Shown one piece after another: positions 13,476 to 33,860 of a stretch of 64,000 bases of DNA (the stretch's first letter is position 1; every line of letters starts with the position of its first letter). The notes under the pieces are model-generated. The model searched no databases, had not been told where the DNA came from, and was given only the letters and a program-made list of their open reading frames with translations. Position numbers and translations under genes: made by a program. The stretch covers positions 5,891,794 through 5,955,793 of the forward strand of contig CAVNZM010000010.1 in the NCBI GenBank assembly GCA_963693365.1, written 5' to 3'. The DNA comes from Amoebidium appalachense (lineage: Eukaryota; Protista; Ichthyosporea).

Positions 13476-16400
13476 ATGCTTGGTCAGAGGTCCTCGTAAG
13501 AAGTTGTTATGGTTGAGTTACTTCCGGCGTCTTTGAGCCTGGGCATGCAGCAAACTCGTTTTAGATATATTTGTTCGCTGTTAGGAAACTGATTTTTTGA
13601 AGGTTGTTTATGAGATTGTGGCATAGGTTGATGATGTACAAGTCCAGTTGTAAGACATGCAAAGTGGATATGAGTGAAGGTCAGTGAAAGCGCTTGCAGG
13701 GCCCAGGTGGCAATAGCTAGCCGTTTATTTGAGTGAAGCAAGGGACACCGTTTGTTTTGAATTTTTAGTCGGAGCCGTAAGCTGCTCTATCGAATGACCT
13801 ACACTATCGACACTTCGCCCTTGCTGACGACCACATCAATACATAAGGCTGGAATGACCTTTCTCTCAAGTTGACTACGCACTTAAATGCCATGCAGACG
13901 CAGAAGCCTTCCCAAGAGATTGTGGCCCTGGTGATGCCGTCTTAGGGTCTCGCCGCTGCAGCTCGGCGGCAGTTGATTTGATTTCTGCCCGTTCTACTCC
14001 TCTCTTCTACCCCCTCGTTATCCATTCCGGGTGCCAGGGTGCCAAGATGTCCTGATGTGTTCATACACACTAGACATCTTAAAGCTAGCTATACTGTGCA
14101 ATGATAAGCATGGCTCATCACAGAAGCACAGAAGCCATGCCCCGCGCTTAGTTGGATTCCTGTGTGGGTCTATCAGCTTTATACCAAAAAATGACAGTGT
14201 TGTCAATCATTTGCAAAAACTGGCATTAAGCCTTAGCATTCATAGGTCATAATAAGGACGTGTCACAAAGGTTTTCAACAACTATAGGGAACGAGGAACA
14301 GAGATTGTTGGGCAAATATAATACAAAAGATATATAATAATAGAATCTAAAAACGAATGTGAATCTCTCGATAGCTCACTTCTGTAGATAGTGCGCAAAT
14401 AGGAGATATACGAGAAGGGACGGCGAGTGGGTTGGTGGGTGGTTCGAAAGTAGAGAGAAAGTGTGTGAAAGCGTGTGTGTGAGGTGAGCCAGAGTACGAA
14501 ATAGTTGTGGTTCCGAGGAGAGAAGGGAGATAAAAAAGTCATGGGGGGTGATAGGGGAGGGAGGGGAGAAAAAGCAAATTCATGCATGTGTGTGTGTGGT
14601 TGAGCATGAATGAGGGGGTATCAAGTAAGCAAGCACGGAATCGGGGGGATAGTAAGAGGCAAAAGGAAAAGGGTGGTCGAATCTCTTAAGAGTAAGCACG
14701 TGTTGAACAAGAGAGAGGGGACAGCAAGAGTATGGTTGATGTTTGTTAGCAAGTGAATGGCAGGGGTAAGTGTTTGTGCATGTGTGTGTGTACTATCCGC
14801 ATCGCTTTCATGGAATCGAAGCTTCAGCTTGACTTAGTCATCAGGACAAACTTGAACAGCATGCTCGTTAACAACTGTCTCGATCAAGGTCTCGACAAGC
14901 TCTTTGTCAGCCAGCCCTGTTATTTCAGGACTCATTAAGAGTCAACGGGCGAAATAGACTAGGCCAAACAGCATCTATTTGATCACGAGCTGCCATAGCT
15001 TCAGTACTGATTATTTTGTTTTGTACACCATGTCCGGAAAAAACTCTTGTCGAACCCGAAAAGAAGTGCAAAATTAGTTACTTTGGGTTGCTGCAAGTGC
15101 TACTTACGACAAAGAGCTCATGCTCGACTAGGCATGTGTGGAGGTAATGGGACGAGGTACTCTGATCATCAAAGGAACCATGAAATATTCGACCATAGAC
15201 TTCCAGACACACACCACTGGACTCTTACGCCAAGTATGACGTCACAGCACGCAGGCGAATGGGTCCCCTTGGGCTGTAAAGCGCTTCGCTCGTCTGTCTA
15301 AGCTCCACAAGCTACTGAAAAACTTCAATGGCTAGCATAAGGGAAAATAGGGTTAAAGGGTATAGGTCAAAAAACGTCCTCGTCATCTATTTTGCTCTTC
15401 TACGACTCTGCTGTCTTAATTAAGCTTACGTCAGCCAAGTCAGCACAGCCGGGCCGGAAACATTTGTCACGCATGACGTCACCACGATGTTCCCTACATG
15501 TTTTCATCCTCCTCCTCGTCCTCCACATGTACAGGCAACCACGCGTTAGCCTGAGTTTGTGCCTCGAGTTGGGGAAAACTCAGAAAAAGAACCCCAAAAC
15601 GCCCGGGTTTCTCTATTATCGAATTGTTTTCCCCCCCCCCTCTGACATGGGAAACTCGTAAAACCAAACCAAAAACACAGTTTTTTTTTGATACTCCCTA
15701 CATGTTTCACTCTCCTAAACGCCGATAAATCCAGGAGATTCGGAAAACTCAACCAAAAACACCACGTATTGGATGTTCCCTGCATTATTTCATACACGGA
15801 GATACGGCAAACTAAACCAAAAACACCGTCCCTACATGTTTTCATCCTCCTCGTCCTCCACCGGAAGCCACATGTTGCTTTGTGTCTGTTCCTGTCTCTT
15901 GCGCCTGCCCATCTTCCTCCACACGAGCAGACCCAGCACACCCACGCCAAACCCACCAATCACGATGGCCTGTTAGAAGTTAAAACGACCGTGTAAGTAA
16001 AGTGGCCAATCAGAACTAATAAAATAAGTAAAATAATAATAACAATAAAACGTGTTTTCGTGTATGCGTGTGTGCACGTGTGTCTGCGCACGCACCCAAA
16101 GGTGTGCCAGTAATTGTATGCGTGTGTATGTGTACATGTTGGGAGTGATGGTGGTGGTTGGTGGAGGGGATGAGAGAGGGGGGCGGGGAGGGGGAAGGGT
16201 GGGGAATTCGAAGGAGCGATCAGGGAGATGAAATTGCTATTCGTGTGTACGTGCATCCGTTTGTGGTATGTGCCTCTGTTTGCTTTTGGCGCCCCTAGAT
16301 GTCCCCTTCCCCCCCCTCCCCCCCCCCTCCCCTCTCTCTCCCACCTCCCCGACTCCTTCCCCCCTCTCTCGTCTCCGCATGCATGTTCGGGTTTCACACT

Positions 16401-16577
16401 CTCAGTCTCACTTGCCCTCACACACACACACTCTCTCTCTCCCTCCTGACCTCAGACCGCCCCTTCCCCTGTCCATGGGAAGGGGGGGGGGGGAATAACA
16501 TATGAGGGGCGAAAGCGCGGGGAGGGGAAGAAGGCAGGGCAGTGGACCAAGAGAAAAGCTATAAGAGGAAGAGAAGG

Positions 16578-16610
<33 letters not shown>

Positions 16611-16699
16611 GGAGGGGGGGCTTCACACCAGTGCGACATAGATGTGCAGATATGTACTCCCTGCCTTTTCCTCTCCTACCTGTGCCCTGTAGTAACACG

Positions 16700-17666
16700 G
16701 TCAGCATCCACTACATAATTTAACATTTATACCAGCCAAACATTTATACGAACACGCTCATGCATGAAAACGTGGCCACTTAGACATTTATACGCACCCA
16801 CTTATACATTTTTATACATATCCACTATACATTTATACCCACCCCCTTATGAATTTACACGCACCAAGTTACAAATTTATAAGCATCCATTTTGCACATA
16901 TACCCACCCACAAATGGACTTCTACACATCCGTTATTCATACACATCCATTACATATTTATTCACACCACATAGACATACACCAATCCACTTAAACATTT
17001 ATACATACCCCCATTTTTACATTTCTACCTGACACATATGGAGGCACCCATTCATACATTTGTACACACCCACTTAGACATTGTTCCCACATGAGTGTAT
17101 ACTTACACAAATCACTCATGCATTTATCCACATCCACGTCCAGATTTATACTTACCAACTGGTGTCTTTTTGCCTCTCATTTGATATATTTATACACACC
17201 CACTATCCACATCCACGTCCAGATTTATACTTACCAACTGGTGTCTTTTTGTCTCTCATTTGATATATTTATACACACCCACTTATACAACAACTTTACA
17301 TTCCTCCCCCCCCCCCCCCCCCCCCCCCCGCATTTAAACATCAACCCCCCTCCACCCTCACCCCCCTTCCCCCCACACATACACACATCCCCCCCCCACA
17401 CAGACACACACACTTACACATCTATACAAACCCACTTACATACTTATAAACACCTACTACTATACACATTTATACCCACCCAATTAAACACAGAAATCCA
17501 GAACCCAAAAACACCATGGGCCTTAACACCATAGGGACCATATCCGTCTTCATAGGCCCGTATCCCACAAGCCCGACCAATATAAACAGTACCACACGAT
17601 GCCAAATTCAAAAAAAGCCAAAAATAAAAAATAAAAAATAAAAATAAAAAATAATCCAACCCATAA

Positions 17667-17753
<87 letters not shown>

Positions 17754-17945
17754 CGCACACACACAAAGAAAAAGGGAAAAAAAAAAAGAAAAAAAAAACC
17801 ACGAGAAATCCAACACCAAAACCTAAATAACCACACACCACCACCCACGTACCTAAATACCACAGGGACCATCTCTGAGTTCATAGGCCCGTATCCCACA
17901 ACACCACACCGAAAACAATACAACACGAACCTAATTTCAAGGGGC

Positions 17946-17981
<36 letters not shown>

Positions 17982-18043
17982 ACCCAATCCAACCACCAAA
18001 ACCCACAGCCAAATCAAAACAACCACCAAAAAAAAAAACCCAC

Positions 18044-18114
<71 letters not shown>

Positions 18115-18126
18115 CAAAACAAAACC

Positions 18127-18158
<32 letters not shown>

Positions 18159-18240
18159 AAAACCCCACAAATCACCCACACACCTTAAGACCACAGGGAT
18201 CATCTCAGCATTCATAGGCCTGTAGCCCACATGCCCAACC
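16700..18240. repeat. Degenerate ACATTTATA array, ~79-bp tandem duplication and three ~330-bp-spaced motifs
   Basis: Duplication at 17127-17283. CA(C/T)AGGGA(C/T)CAT..TTCATAGGCC(C/T)GTA(T/G)CCCACA at ~17527, 17858 and 18189. Confidence 0.7.
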
Positions 18241-18562
18241 TGGGCAAGCAGTGCCTGTATGAACCCTGAATGGCTGCCAACCCCTATGTGCCGTATACTG
18301 GGGCCTGGTGGTGTTGTTTTCACAGCATGAGTCAGAAATCGCTATCCTACCCCCTTACTCCCCTCCCCCTCACCTTTTTTTTCGCACACCACATACACAC
18401 ACACACACACACACCCTCCCCCCACCCACCCACCCACCCACCCACCCACCCATACCCCTCCCCCCCCCCCCCCCCCCCCCCCCACACACACCCACCCCCA
18501 CCCACCCACCCACCCACCCACCCACGTACACACACACACCCATACCCACACACACTCACACA

Positions 18563-18615
<53 letters not shown>

Positions 18616-18851
18616 ACGCACACTCACACACTCACACACACACACTCACACACTCACACACACACACTCGCTCACTCACACACACACACACACACACAAA
18701 AAAAAAAAAACACACACACACACACACACGCACACGCACCTGCTAGCTCCCACAGCTGTTCCAGAAATGCTTGTGCCCGCTGTTTCACCTGCCGGCAAAA
18801 CTCTATCAGAACAACATGAATCACATTTTTATAAGCGAGGGATACAACCGG

Positions 18852-18892
<41 letters not shown>

Positions 18893-19139
18893 CGTGTGTG
18901 TGCGGCTGTGGGTGTGCGTGCGTGCGCTTACTTGCATGTGTGCCTGTGTGCATTTTAGGAAGGGGAGTGGGGGGGCCGGGGGAGGGGGAGGGGAGGGGGG
19001 GGGGGTCTGTGGAAAATCGTTGCAGAAAGAGAACATAATCCCCTAATCCCCTGATAGTCTGACAGCGTACATAGTCTGTTTACAACTGTTGTTCCTTCAG
19101 AGCTGGGTAGGGTTGGGGGTGGGATGGAGGACAGAGGGT

Positions 19140-20640
19140 AGTAGCAGGTGCTGAGGTTCCGTCGTGCCTCCCCCGTGTGGTTGCTGTGTCGTAGGCGCTC
19201 GATGGTCGTGCTGACACTGGAGGTGATGGCCGTGAAGTGGCCCAGCTTCTGGGAGTGGGCCAAGTACATGGTGCACAGCTTGGAGGCGGGCAGGGCCATG
19301 CTCAGGTCCCCGTACCGGCGTAGCACTTTGGCCCCGCTGTCCATGTCCACCACCACCAGCCGCAGGCGGGTGACTGACTCAGGCTGCTCGGCAATGGCTG
19401 TGTTGAGGGCATCCACGGCTGCCCCCAGCTCATCCACCGTCAGGCCGTCCTCTGCAGGCACAGGCAGGTCGTACTTGGTCCACAGCACTCGGGTTGCCCT
19501 CACCAATCTCCGCAGGTAACGGTCTTGGTGGTGGCTCCTTGGATCTGTGGGGGGGAGTAGCAGGTTGCACACCCCACAGCCGGAAGATCTCGACACCCCC
19601 CAGGGTCGTGTTGCCGGCCCCCAACACCTCCTCCGGGGTCAGCAGGTGGCACAGCACGTGGTGGTCCTTGCGATCCATGAGGTTGCCCCCCTTGCCCAGC
19701 ACCTTGCGCGTGTGCTCGGTGGGCAGGCTGGCCTGCTCGTTGCCATTGGCTGCCTTCTTCACCCACATCACCATGCTGTACAACAGGCACAGCTGGGCAC
19801 AGTTGGGGCCGTAGGCAAAGCCGTGCAGCTGCTGGTGGTCGAGGGCCCTCTCCCCGGTCACCTGTGGGTCGTCGGTGCTGCAGGCAGCCTGCACGAGGGC
19901 GGTCACATCCACCACGGCCTTGGCCTCCACCAGATCCTGCAGCCACTGTGCATTCACCCCCGTGGTGGTGGACAGGGACCCGCAGGCCCCCCTCCTCACC
20001 ATGTCCTTGGGTCGGGCCACCGTCAGATGCACGGTGGATCTGCCGTCCATGAAGGTCTCGGCTGCACTCTGGGTGCGTTGCCGTATGTTCTCCATCAGCT
20101 TGAGCATCACGGCGTTGACATCACCATTGAACACCTCCATGGGGCCGGCAGTAAACACACGACGGTTGGTCACGTCGGCGTTGGGGTTGCCATCATCCCC
20201 CATCTGGTTGTCCACACCGTTGGCCTGCACGTGCAGGCTGATGATACGCACAATCAGCATGTCCCCCGCCTGCACATCTGCACGGGCCATGGCATCGAAC
20301 AGCATGGCTGCAAAAAACTGGGGGAACTCAGTCACGTCAAGGGTGCGCAGGGGTTGGTACTCGAGGGTGTGGCCACGCACACCCAGTCCCCGTGCCTGCA
20401 TGTCATCTACACGGGAACGCAGTCGCCAGTTGCCCTCGGCCGGCATGGCAATGATCTGGGGGTCATCGGGGTGATTGATGGGGGCGGGGGCGGGGGGCTG
20501 GCCGGGGAGGGGTGGGGGTGGGGGTGGTGGGGCCAACATGGCCTGCAGGAAGGGGTGGGCCTGCAGGACCTGCTGCGGGTCGGCATCCAGTGCCCGCAAC
20601 AGATCATCTTCAAACTCTTCCTGGCTCTCGCTGAATATCT
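19140..20640 (-). pseudogene. Polinton/adintovirus-type protein-primed DNA polymerase B, N-terminal (terminal protein + vOTU-like) fragment
   Basis: GC-rich ORFs 19430..20599 and 18955..19596, joined by a frameshift at the G run ~19549-19555. RQRTQSAAETFMD, GPNCAQLCLLYSM, LPVPAEDGLTVDEL, LRLVVVD and MYLAHSQKLGHFTAITS match in order the Polinton pPolB N-terminal pattern (VLQSNE, DNLCLARAI, GVP..GCGLEEL, IYL..HYDVITS). No exonuclease or palm motifs follow. Confidence 0.65.
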
Positions 20641-20929
20641 TGAATGGTAACCTTAGATCTCAGGCGGTAATCTTATAAATCTCAAGTATCAATCTAATCG
20701 ATGGTTGCTAGCCTGGCTGTGCCAGAGCAATGCCTCAATAAAAAACAGCATGCAAAATAACGTCTCTGTGCCTGTGTCTATTAAATCTCAAAGCCCAGTG
20801 AAATCTCAAAAGCAAAAATCTCTCCAAATCTCACGAAGCAGTACGCAAAAACAACAAGTCTGTGCGCGTGTCTGGCCGCCGCCGGCCGGCCGCCTCTGTT
20901 TACCAAAAACAATGAGCCATTCGCGGTCC

Positions 20930-21100
20930 TATTGGTCAGTTTCGGGATGGAATGTACAGATTTCGGCTCACGCGGTCTGATTGGTCAGTGTTCCGGCAAA
21001 TTTGCTTTTTCGCCTCTTAATTCCCATTGGGCGACTATTTCCATTGGTCAGTTTCCCATTGAATTCAGGATTCGAATTCCCATTGGTCAGTTTTCGCCGG
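20930..21100 (-). promoter_or_regulatory. Cluster of CCAAT boxes (ATTGGTCAGT x4) upstream of the pPolB fragment
   Basis: ATTGGTCAGT at ~20931, 20980, 21043 and 21083. Confidence 0.5.
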
Positions 21101-21370
21101 AATTCAGAATTCTCGCATTCCTTGGATCCGCAGCACCTGTACGTGTGCGCACCACATGTACGCGCACACGTACGCGTACACGTGTTCCGCCCTCTCTATT
21201 TAATTTTTTAATTAAAACCACGTGCGCTGCACGTGTTTTGCACACACACAGTGTGTGCACGTGCTCCTGTACATATATCCACCCATATCTCATATCCCAT
21301 GTCGCGATATACACAGATATCACACACCTCATATCCACCTATGCCATATCTTTGGGGGCTGCGGGACCGT

Positions 21371-21406
21371 GTGGATGTGACGTCACACCTGTGACGTCAC
21401 ATCCAC
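21371..21406. repeat. Perfect 17-bp inverted repeat, each arm containing a CRE (TGACGTCA)
   Basis: GTGGATGTGACGTCACA-CC-TGTGACGTCACATCCAC. Confidence 0.9.
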
Positions 21407-22097
21407 GGGGTGCCGCGCCCCCATATGTAGTGAGGCTGAGAGAGAGAGTCTCATGTGTGAGAGAGATCTACGTACCTAGAGATAGAGAGGGAGAGAGAGA
21501 GAGAGAGATCGAGATCGAGTTTGAGAGAGAGGGAGAGGGAGAGACTCAGAGAGAGGGGGGGGAGAGAGAGAGAGAGAGAGAGGGAGGGAGACTCGGAGAG
21601 AGAGAGACAGAGAGGAAGGGAGAGAGATGGAGGGGGACAGAGAGAGAGAGAGAGGTTGGGAGGGAGAGAGAAAGAGAGAGAGGGGGGGGGGGGGGAGAGA
21701 GAGAGAGTGTGTGTGTGTTTGTGGTCTCATAAGTGTCGGTGTGCAGTGGCGGTGTCCGTGTCTGCAGTGTGAGTGCGTAATTCACAGTTTAGCAGACTAA
21801 GTATTTCGACACCACACACAGCTCTAAATCTAAGGCACCCATTCGCGCATCGATACCACCATCGGACTGAAGACATACGTACAAGTAGAACTAGCATCAA
21901 ATACACTTTGTATTTACATTCATCATACTCGTGGTGGTCATAATCTTTTGACTCTTCTACCGTGCAATTGACATGTATCATCCAGTCAGATAGTCTCCAC
22001 GTGGCCCAAGCAAAAAAAAAAAAAGAAGAAGAAGAAAAAGAAGAAGAAGAAGAAGAAAACCAGAAGCAAGCTTTCACCGTGATTTATACGATATCTT

Positions 22098-28800
<6,703 letters not shown>

Positions 28801-29173
28801 GCAATGTCACGATCATGTGCTTGAATCCTGGTGGAACTGTTAGGGTCAAGGAAGTTGTACTTTTTGCGATACCTCCTCTCTGTTTCGTGTAAAAACACAC
28901 GTACGTGTGCAACTGAAAATACACACACGTGAGTCGAGGGGAATCCACCAAGACAGTTGCACATACAGGGAAACACGTAGAAAAACAAAAAGGCACACAA
29001 TGCAGTCACACACACGCACGACGGCACACATGAACATGCACCCACCCACCCACAAACACGTGAAACCCCCCAACCCCCCCCCCCCCCCCCCCCACACGCA
29101 CACACACACAACCCCGTAGACACGTGTACAGGTGCAAGTCACACACACAAGTAAGTACACTAGCACAAGCACA

Positions 29174-29218
<45 letters not shown>

Positions 29219-30215
29219 AGTGTGGTGCACGTGCGTACACACCACAGACACACACAAACACGCCATCCACGCACACACACACACGCGCACCCACAGGTAC
29301 ACACACCACCTGCACCCCCGCACACAGACACACGTAGTCAATCACCCACACCCACACACCCACACAAACGTGCACACAACACATGCCAACCTCCCTCCCC
29401 ACCTCCTACCCTCCTCTCCCCATCCCCCCCCCCCACCCACCCCCCTTTCCCCCCTCACCACCACCACCACCACACACACAGACCCTCCCAGTTCGAACAC
29501 CCATACATTTGGATCGTTGACTCGCCAGCCTCTCCCTGCATGTTGGGTCTCTTGCAGTTGAAGTACGTCCCTTGCGGTCTAAGGAGGTAGCCCACTCAGC
29601 CAGGAACCGGGGCTCACGAACTGTTGCGATCAACTGACTGGTTGAGACCTAACTATTCTTTTCTGAGCTCGCCACGGCAATTCTCATTTTCCGCTTTCTA
29701 TATATTCTCTGAGAAATCGGGACACTATAGTAGCTACGTCTTCACATTATGATGATTTTGCGTTTTGTCCCTCTAGGCTACCTTCCTAGGGCTAACGCCG
29801 CGGGCGGGAAGGACCTTATGTCATGTTTGCGCAAGTCAGATCCACCTATCGTGTTCCGTGTGCCGCGAGCCGCTATGGCCATTCCATCAAAAATTCCAAC
29901 TTGCCAAGAGCCGGGGTACACTTGGTACTGTTGTGCCCACTTGCACGTGTGTCTATGTCCGTGTTTTGCACTCAGTGTGCAAGTGCCTCTGATCATGCAT
30001 CCAGAATTTATTGAAGAGCAGAGCCAACCAAAAAAATCATCGCAGCCACTTTTTTCAGCCCTCACCCTCCTGGTTCCTGGAGATTTCTGCTCATCTGACA
30101 TCATCCCCTCTGATACCCTGTCAGCTGTGACATCTTTCCGTAGTCATTCTGCCCGGAGCCTCCGAGTTGCGCTGTTGTTCGCTTTCTCACACTGCCTCTC
30201 TCTCGCCATAGTCGA

Positions 30216-30246
<31 letters not shown>

Positions 30247-31190
30247 CCCCCCCCTCCCCCTCCCCCTCCTCCACCTACCCCTCTTTCCCCTCACCAACAA
30301 GACAAACACACATGAACACACCCGCGTACAAGCCAGTACAAGCCCCCCACCCACGGAAGGCTTGAACACAATTAACCGTGCCCCTCCCCTCCTCCCCCCC
30401 CCCCCACCCACGCACACAAACATCCCTCCTCTTCCCTCCCCCCCCCCCCCCGGCTCCCACACACACACGTGTGCATACACGCGTGCACATCCACACCACC
30501 GGTACCATCACATGTATACACACACAGAACGCCCCACCCCAAGAGCCTGCGAGCGCTTCCACACCACCGGTACCATCACATGTCACACAAAGAACGCCCC
30601 ACCCCAAGAACCTGTTATGCCGTTACAACTAAGTTAGGCTGGTTGAATGTTTTATGTTGACATCAGGAGAGTGTAAGTACTATGTAGTGACATGTGTGTC
30701 AACGGAGGCTGGTCACACCTTTTTTGAGTCACATATTAGAGCCAGGAACCCGACCACGCGCATTGACATTACGTACCCGATTCACCACATCACCATTGGA
30801 TGCCTCACAAAAATTCCTACCCACGGCGACTCGTTTGTGCCACCTACATAGCAGACAAATTTAGCACGATGCTCTGATGATTTCGAATCCGCAACCACAA
30901 ATATGCCACAAAAGAAGCAGCTAGAAGGGACGGGGGGATGGGGGAGAATACCTGTGTGCTACCACGTGAACCAAGTTTTATTGAATCTTGCGAAACCAGC
31001 GCAGGTGCACATTACGTCGGGGCAGAGCGAGTATTGTGTGTGTCCTAAAAGGGGACCGATGGTGGCCCAGTGGCCCGGGGGGGGGGTTGTGGCGCGGGAG
31101 GCGAGGCAACTAAGCGCGCCTCGGGGAGAAGGGTGTAGTATGTTTGTCTCCATAGTTTTGTTGCACGATATGTGTGTGCACGTGTACACG

Positions 31191-31228
<38 letters not shown>

Positions 31229-31487
31229 GAGGGGGGGGGGGGGGGGGGGGGGGAGAATGCATTGGAGGGTTGGAATTATGGAGGAGAAACCAGAAGACAA
31301 ACCACAAAACAGCACAAAATTTAGACCACAAGAGATAACTTACCAGAAACAAAAAGAAATAAAAAATTTGAGGCATTTACACTTGTGAGGACATCAGGTA
31401 ATTTGCAAGCAAGTATGCCCAGTGGCCTCGTAGGAAAGGAGGGGAAGGGAGGAAAGGGGGGTTGGGGGCCGGGGTTGGGGGCCGGGG

Positions 31488-31520
<33 letters not shown>

Positions 31521-32527
31521 AGGGTTTTTTTTTGAGCATTAAGAAAAATTTACATAGGATTCCAGCACCTAATCCAGCTATATCGCAAGGTGATGTTGGC
31601 AGCATGAGTATCTCTCTTTGCAAAGTTGTTACGTGTCAAGCTGGACAGCGCCGCTTTCGGACCAAAGGATCACAACCAATATGTGAGGGTCGAACGAACC
31701 ATGGAAGTGTAGAAACCAATAGACAAAACAAAAAAACGGCACAGGAATAGCGAAACCAGAAACCAAAAAAAAAAAAAGGCCCTGGGGGGGGGCAGCCAAA
31801 AAAGGATGATGGTGTGATGGACACTTTCCATTCGTGAAAGCAGGTAGATGGGGGAAGGGGTAGCAATGATCAAAAACGAGCACGGTTAATGATGCAAGCA
31901 CACGTCACAGTGGGAAGGGTCGGGATTTGTGGTTGCACGAGTATGCAAGAAGAAGGAGAAACGTGTTTTGTGTTTGTGTGTGGGCGGGGGGATGGGGGGG
32001 GGGGGGGGATGGTGCAAGTGAGTGTAGCATGAATGGCAACATTGCTAGTAAAAACCATGGGTCCAAGGTAGCATGAGTAGGGGCTATGGGATTTCACGTG
32101 CAGAACAACCAGAAACACATGTGCACACGTCTCAAAGGGGAATCACACCACTACACCACACACGTACTTTGCTTCCCAAAAACACGATCAACTCCCAAGA
32201 CCACATGTGTCCCCATGTATGGGTGATCTATGCATGTTGGTTGGTGCGGCGCACGTCCTTTTTCTCTTCAGCCCCTCATATTCGCAAGCGCGCGCGTGTG
32301 TGTGTGTGTAGAGTGAGTGTGCGTGCGCGCGCACATTGGGGCCTACCCTACGGCAATATTGCCGATCAAGGCGAATGGAGGAAGTTCGTCCTCAGACTGA
32401 AGAGAGGGATGACCAAAGTGCACGGAATACAAAGGCAAAAAAGGAAAACAGCCTTCCGTGAGCGTAGAGGCAAAGAGAAAAAAGGGCGTGTGGAATATGC
32501 TCAAAATGGGAAAGAGGGGAAGCGGAA

Positions 32528-32590
<63 letters not shown>

Positions 32591-33345
32591 GGGGTTGGGG
32601 GGGAGCCATAGGGAGGGAGGGAGAGAGAGAGAGAGAGCAAGGGTAGAGAGAGACAGAACAGAGGGGGGGGGGGGGGGGGGGGGGGGAGGGAGGGAGGGAA
32701 GGGAGGGAGGGAGAGAAGGAGGGAGGGAGGGATGGTGAGGGAGAGAGAGAGCGAGAGGGAGAGAGAGCGAGAGAGATAAGAGAGAGAAAGAGAGGGAGAT
32801 AGAGGGAGAGAGGGAGAGGGAGAGAGAAAGAGAGGGAAGGAGAGAGAGAGGGGGAGAGAAAGTGTGTGTCAGAGAGGGAGAGAGAGAGAGAGAGAGAGAC
32901 CGGCAATAAAGGCAGAGACAGAAGAGGTAAACGAGGAGGGATTCGTGAAGTGTGAAGGTGAGAATAGGATCCATGAAGGAAGAAAGAAGCCGAAACTATA
33001 AAAGCACCGGGTGAGTGAGTGATGAGGATATACATATTAGAATACAAGTGCAGGAAATAGTGCCACAAAGGTAGATGGGTGTAGGACGTGTTCCAGAGTA
33101 TGAAGCACACATTCATGACGAACAACATAATGCAGACGGCAAAGCACACACAGTGTAGTATGCATCAAAAGAAAAGTCATTATCAACCCAAGTGTGTGTT
33201 GGGGGGGGCGGGGGGGGGGGGGGGGGGGGGAACACATAAACAAAACGAAAACATGAGCAGAGTCCACAACCCTCCCTTCTTCACTTCTTCACACACCTCC
33301 TTTGCCTACCTCAAATTTACTAAGCTGCCACTTCCTTTTCATTTT

Positions 33346-33378
<33 letters not shown>

Positions 33379-33626
33379 AAACACACCCACCCACCCATCG
33401 ATCCCCTCCCCCTCCCGCTGCGCCCCCCTGGGGGGGGGGTGGAAACAGAGAAGAGGGGGAAACAGGGAGAAAAAGAGTTGGAAGGGGCAAGGTGGGGGGG
33501 GGGGGGGGGGGGGACAGAGAGAGATGGGGGCTGAGAGAGAAACGAGGGGGGGGGGGGGGGGGGGAGAGAGAGAGTGTGTGTGTGTGAATGTGATAGAGAG
33601 TGAAGAGAGAGTGAGGACGAGATGGT

Positions 33627-33662
<36 letters not shown>

Positions 33663-33678
33663 TGGATGAAGAGGGGGT

Positions 33679-33765
33679 TTGAGTGCGTCATAAAGTACAA
33701 AGCACACAAGAACAACGGATAACACGATGCAGAATGCAAACCATACATAAAAGAGTATGCAGAGA
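33679..33765 (-). mobile_element. C-tailed intronic repeat family, short 3' copy
   Basis: Nearly identical to 26260-26345 (GGATAACACGATGCAGAATGCAA.CCATACATAAA). Confidence 0.75.
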
Positions 33766-33826
33766 TGAGGGAGGGGAGGAGGGGGGTAGAGAGAGGGAAG
33801 AGATAGAGAAAGAGAGAGAGAGAGAG

Positions 33827-33860
<34 letters not shown>

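Noticed and set aside
14261-15246. Possible solo LTR (TGT...ACA; flanks GGACG/GCACG)
   Set aside because: The TSD is imperfect and there is no second copy in the window.
19547-20650. 367-aa plus-strand ORF
   Set aside because: Antisense shadow of the GC-rich pPolB-like ORF.
21438-21705. (GA)n tract as a Polinton AG terminus
   Set aside because: Wrong orientation for a right end (CT expected), and (GA)n is common throughout the window.
29874-30851. Weak resemblance of plus-strand ORFs to the RPP40 N-terminus
   Set aside because: Only a few scattered residues match and there is no coherent exon chain.
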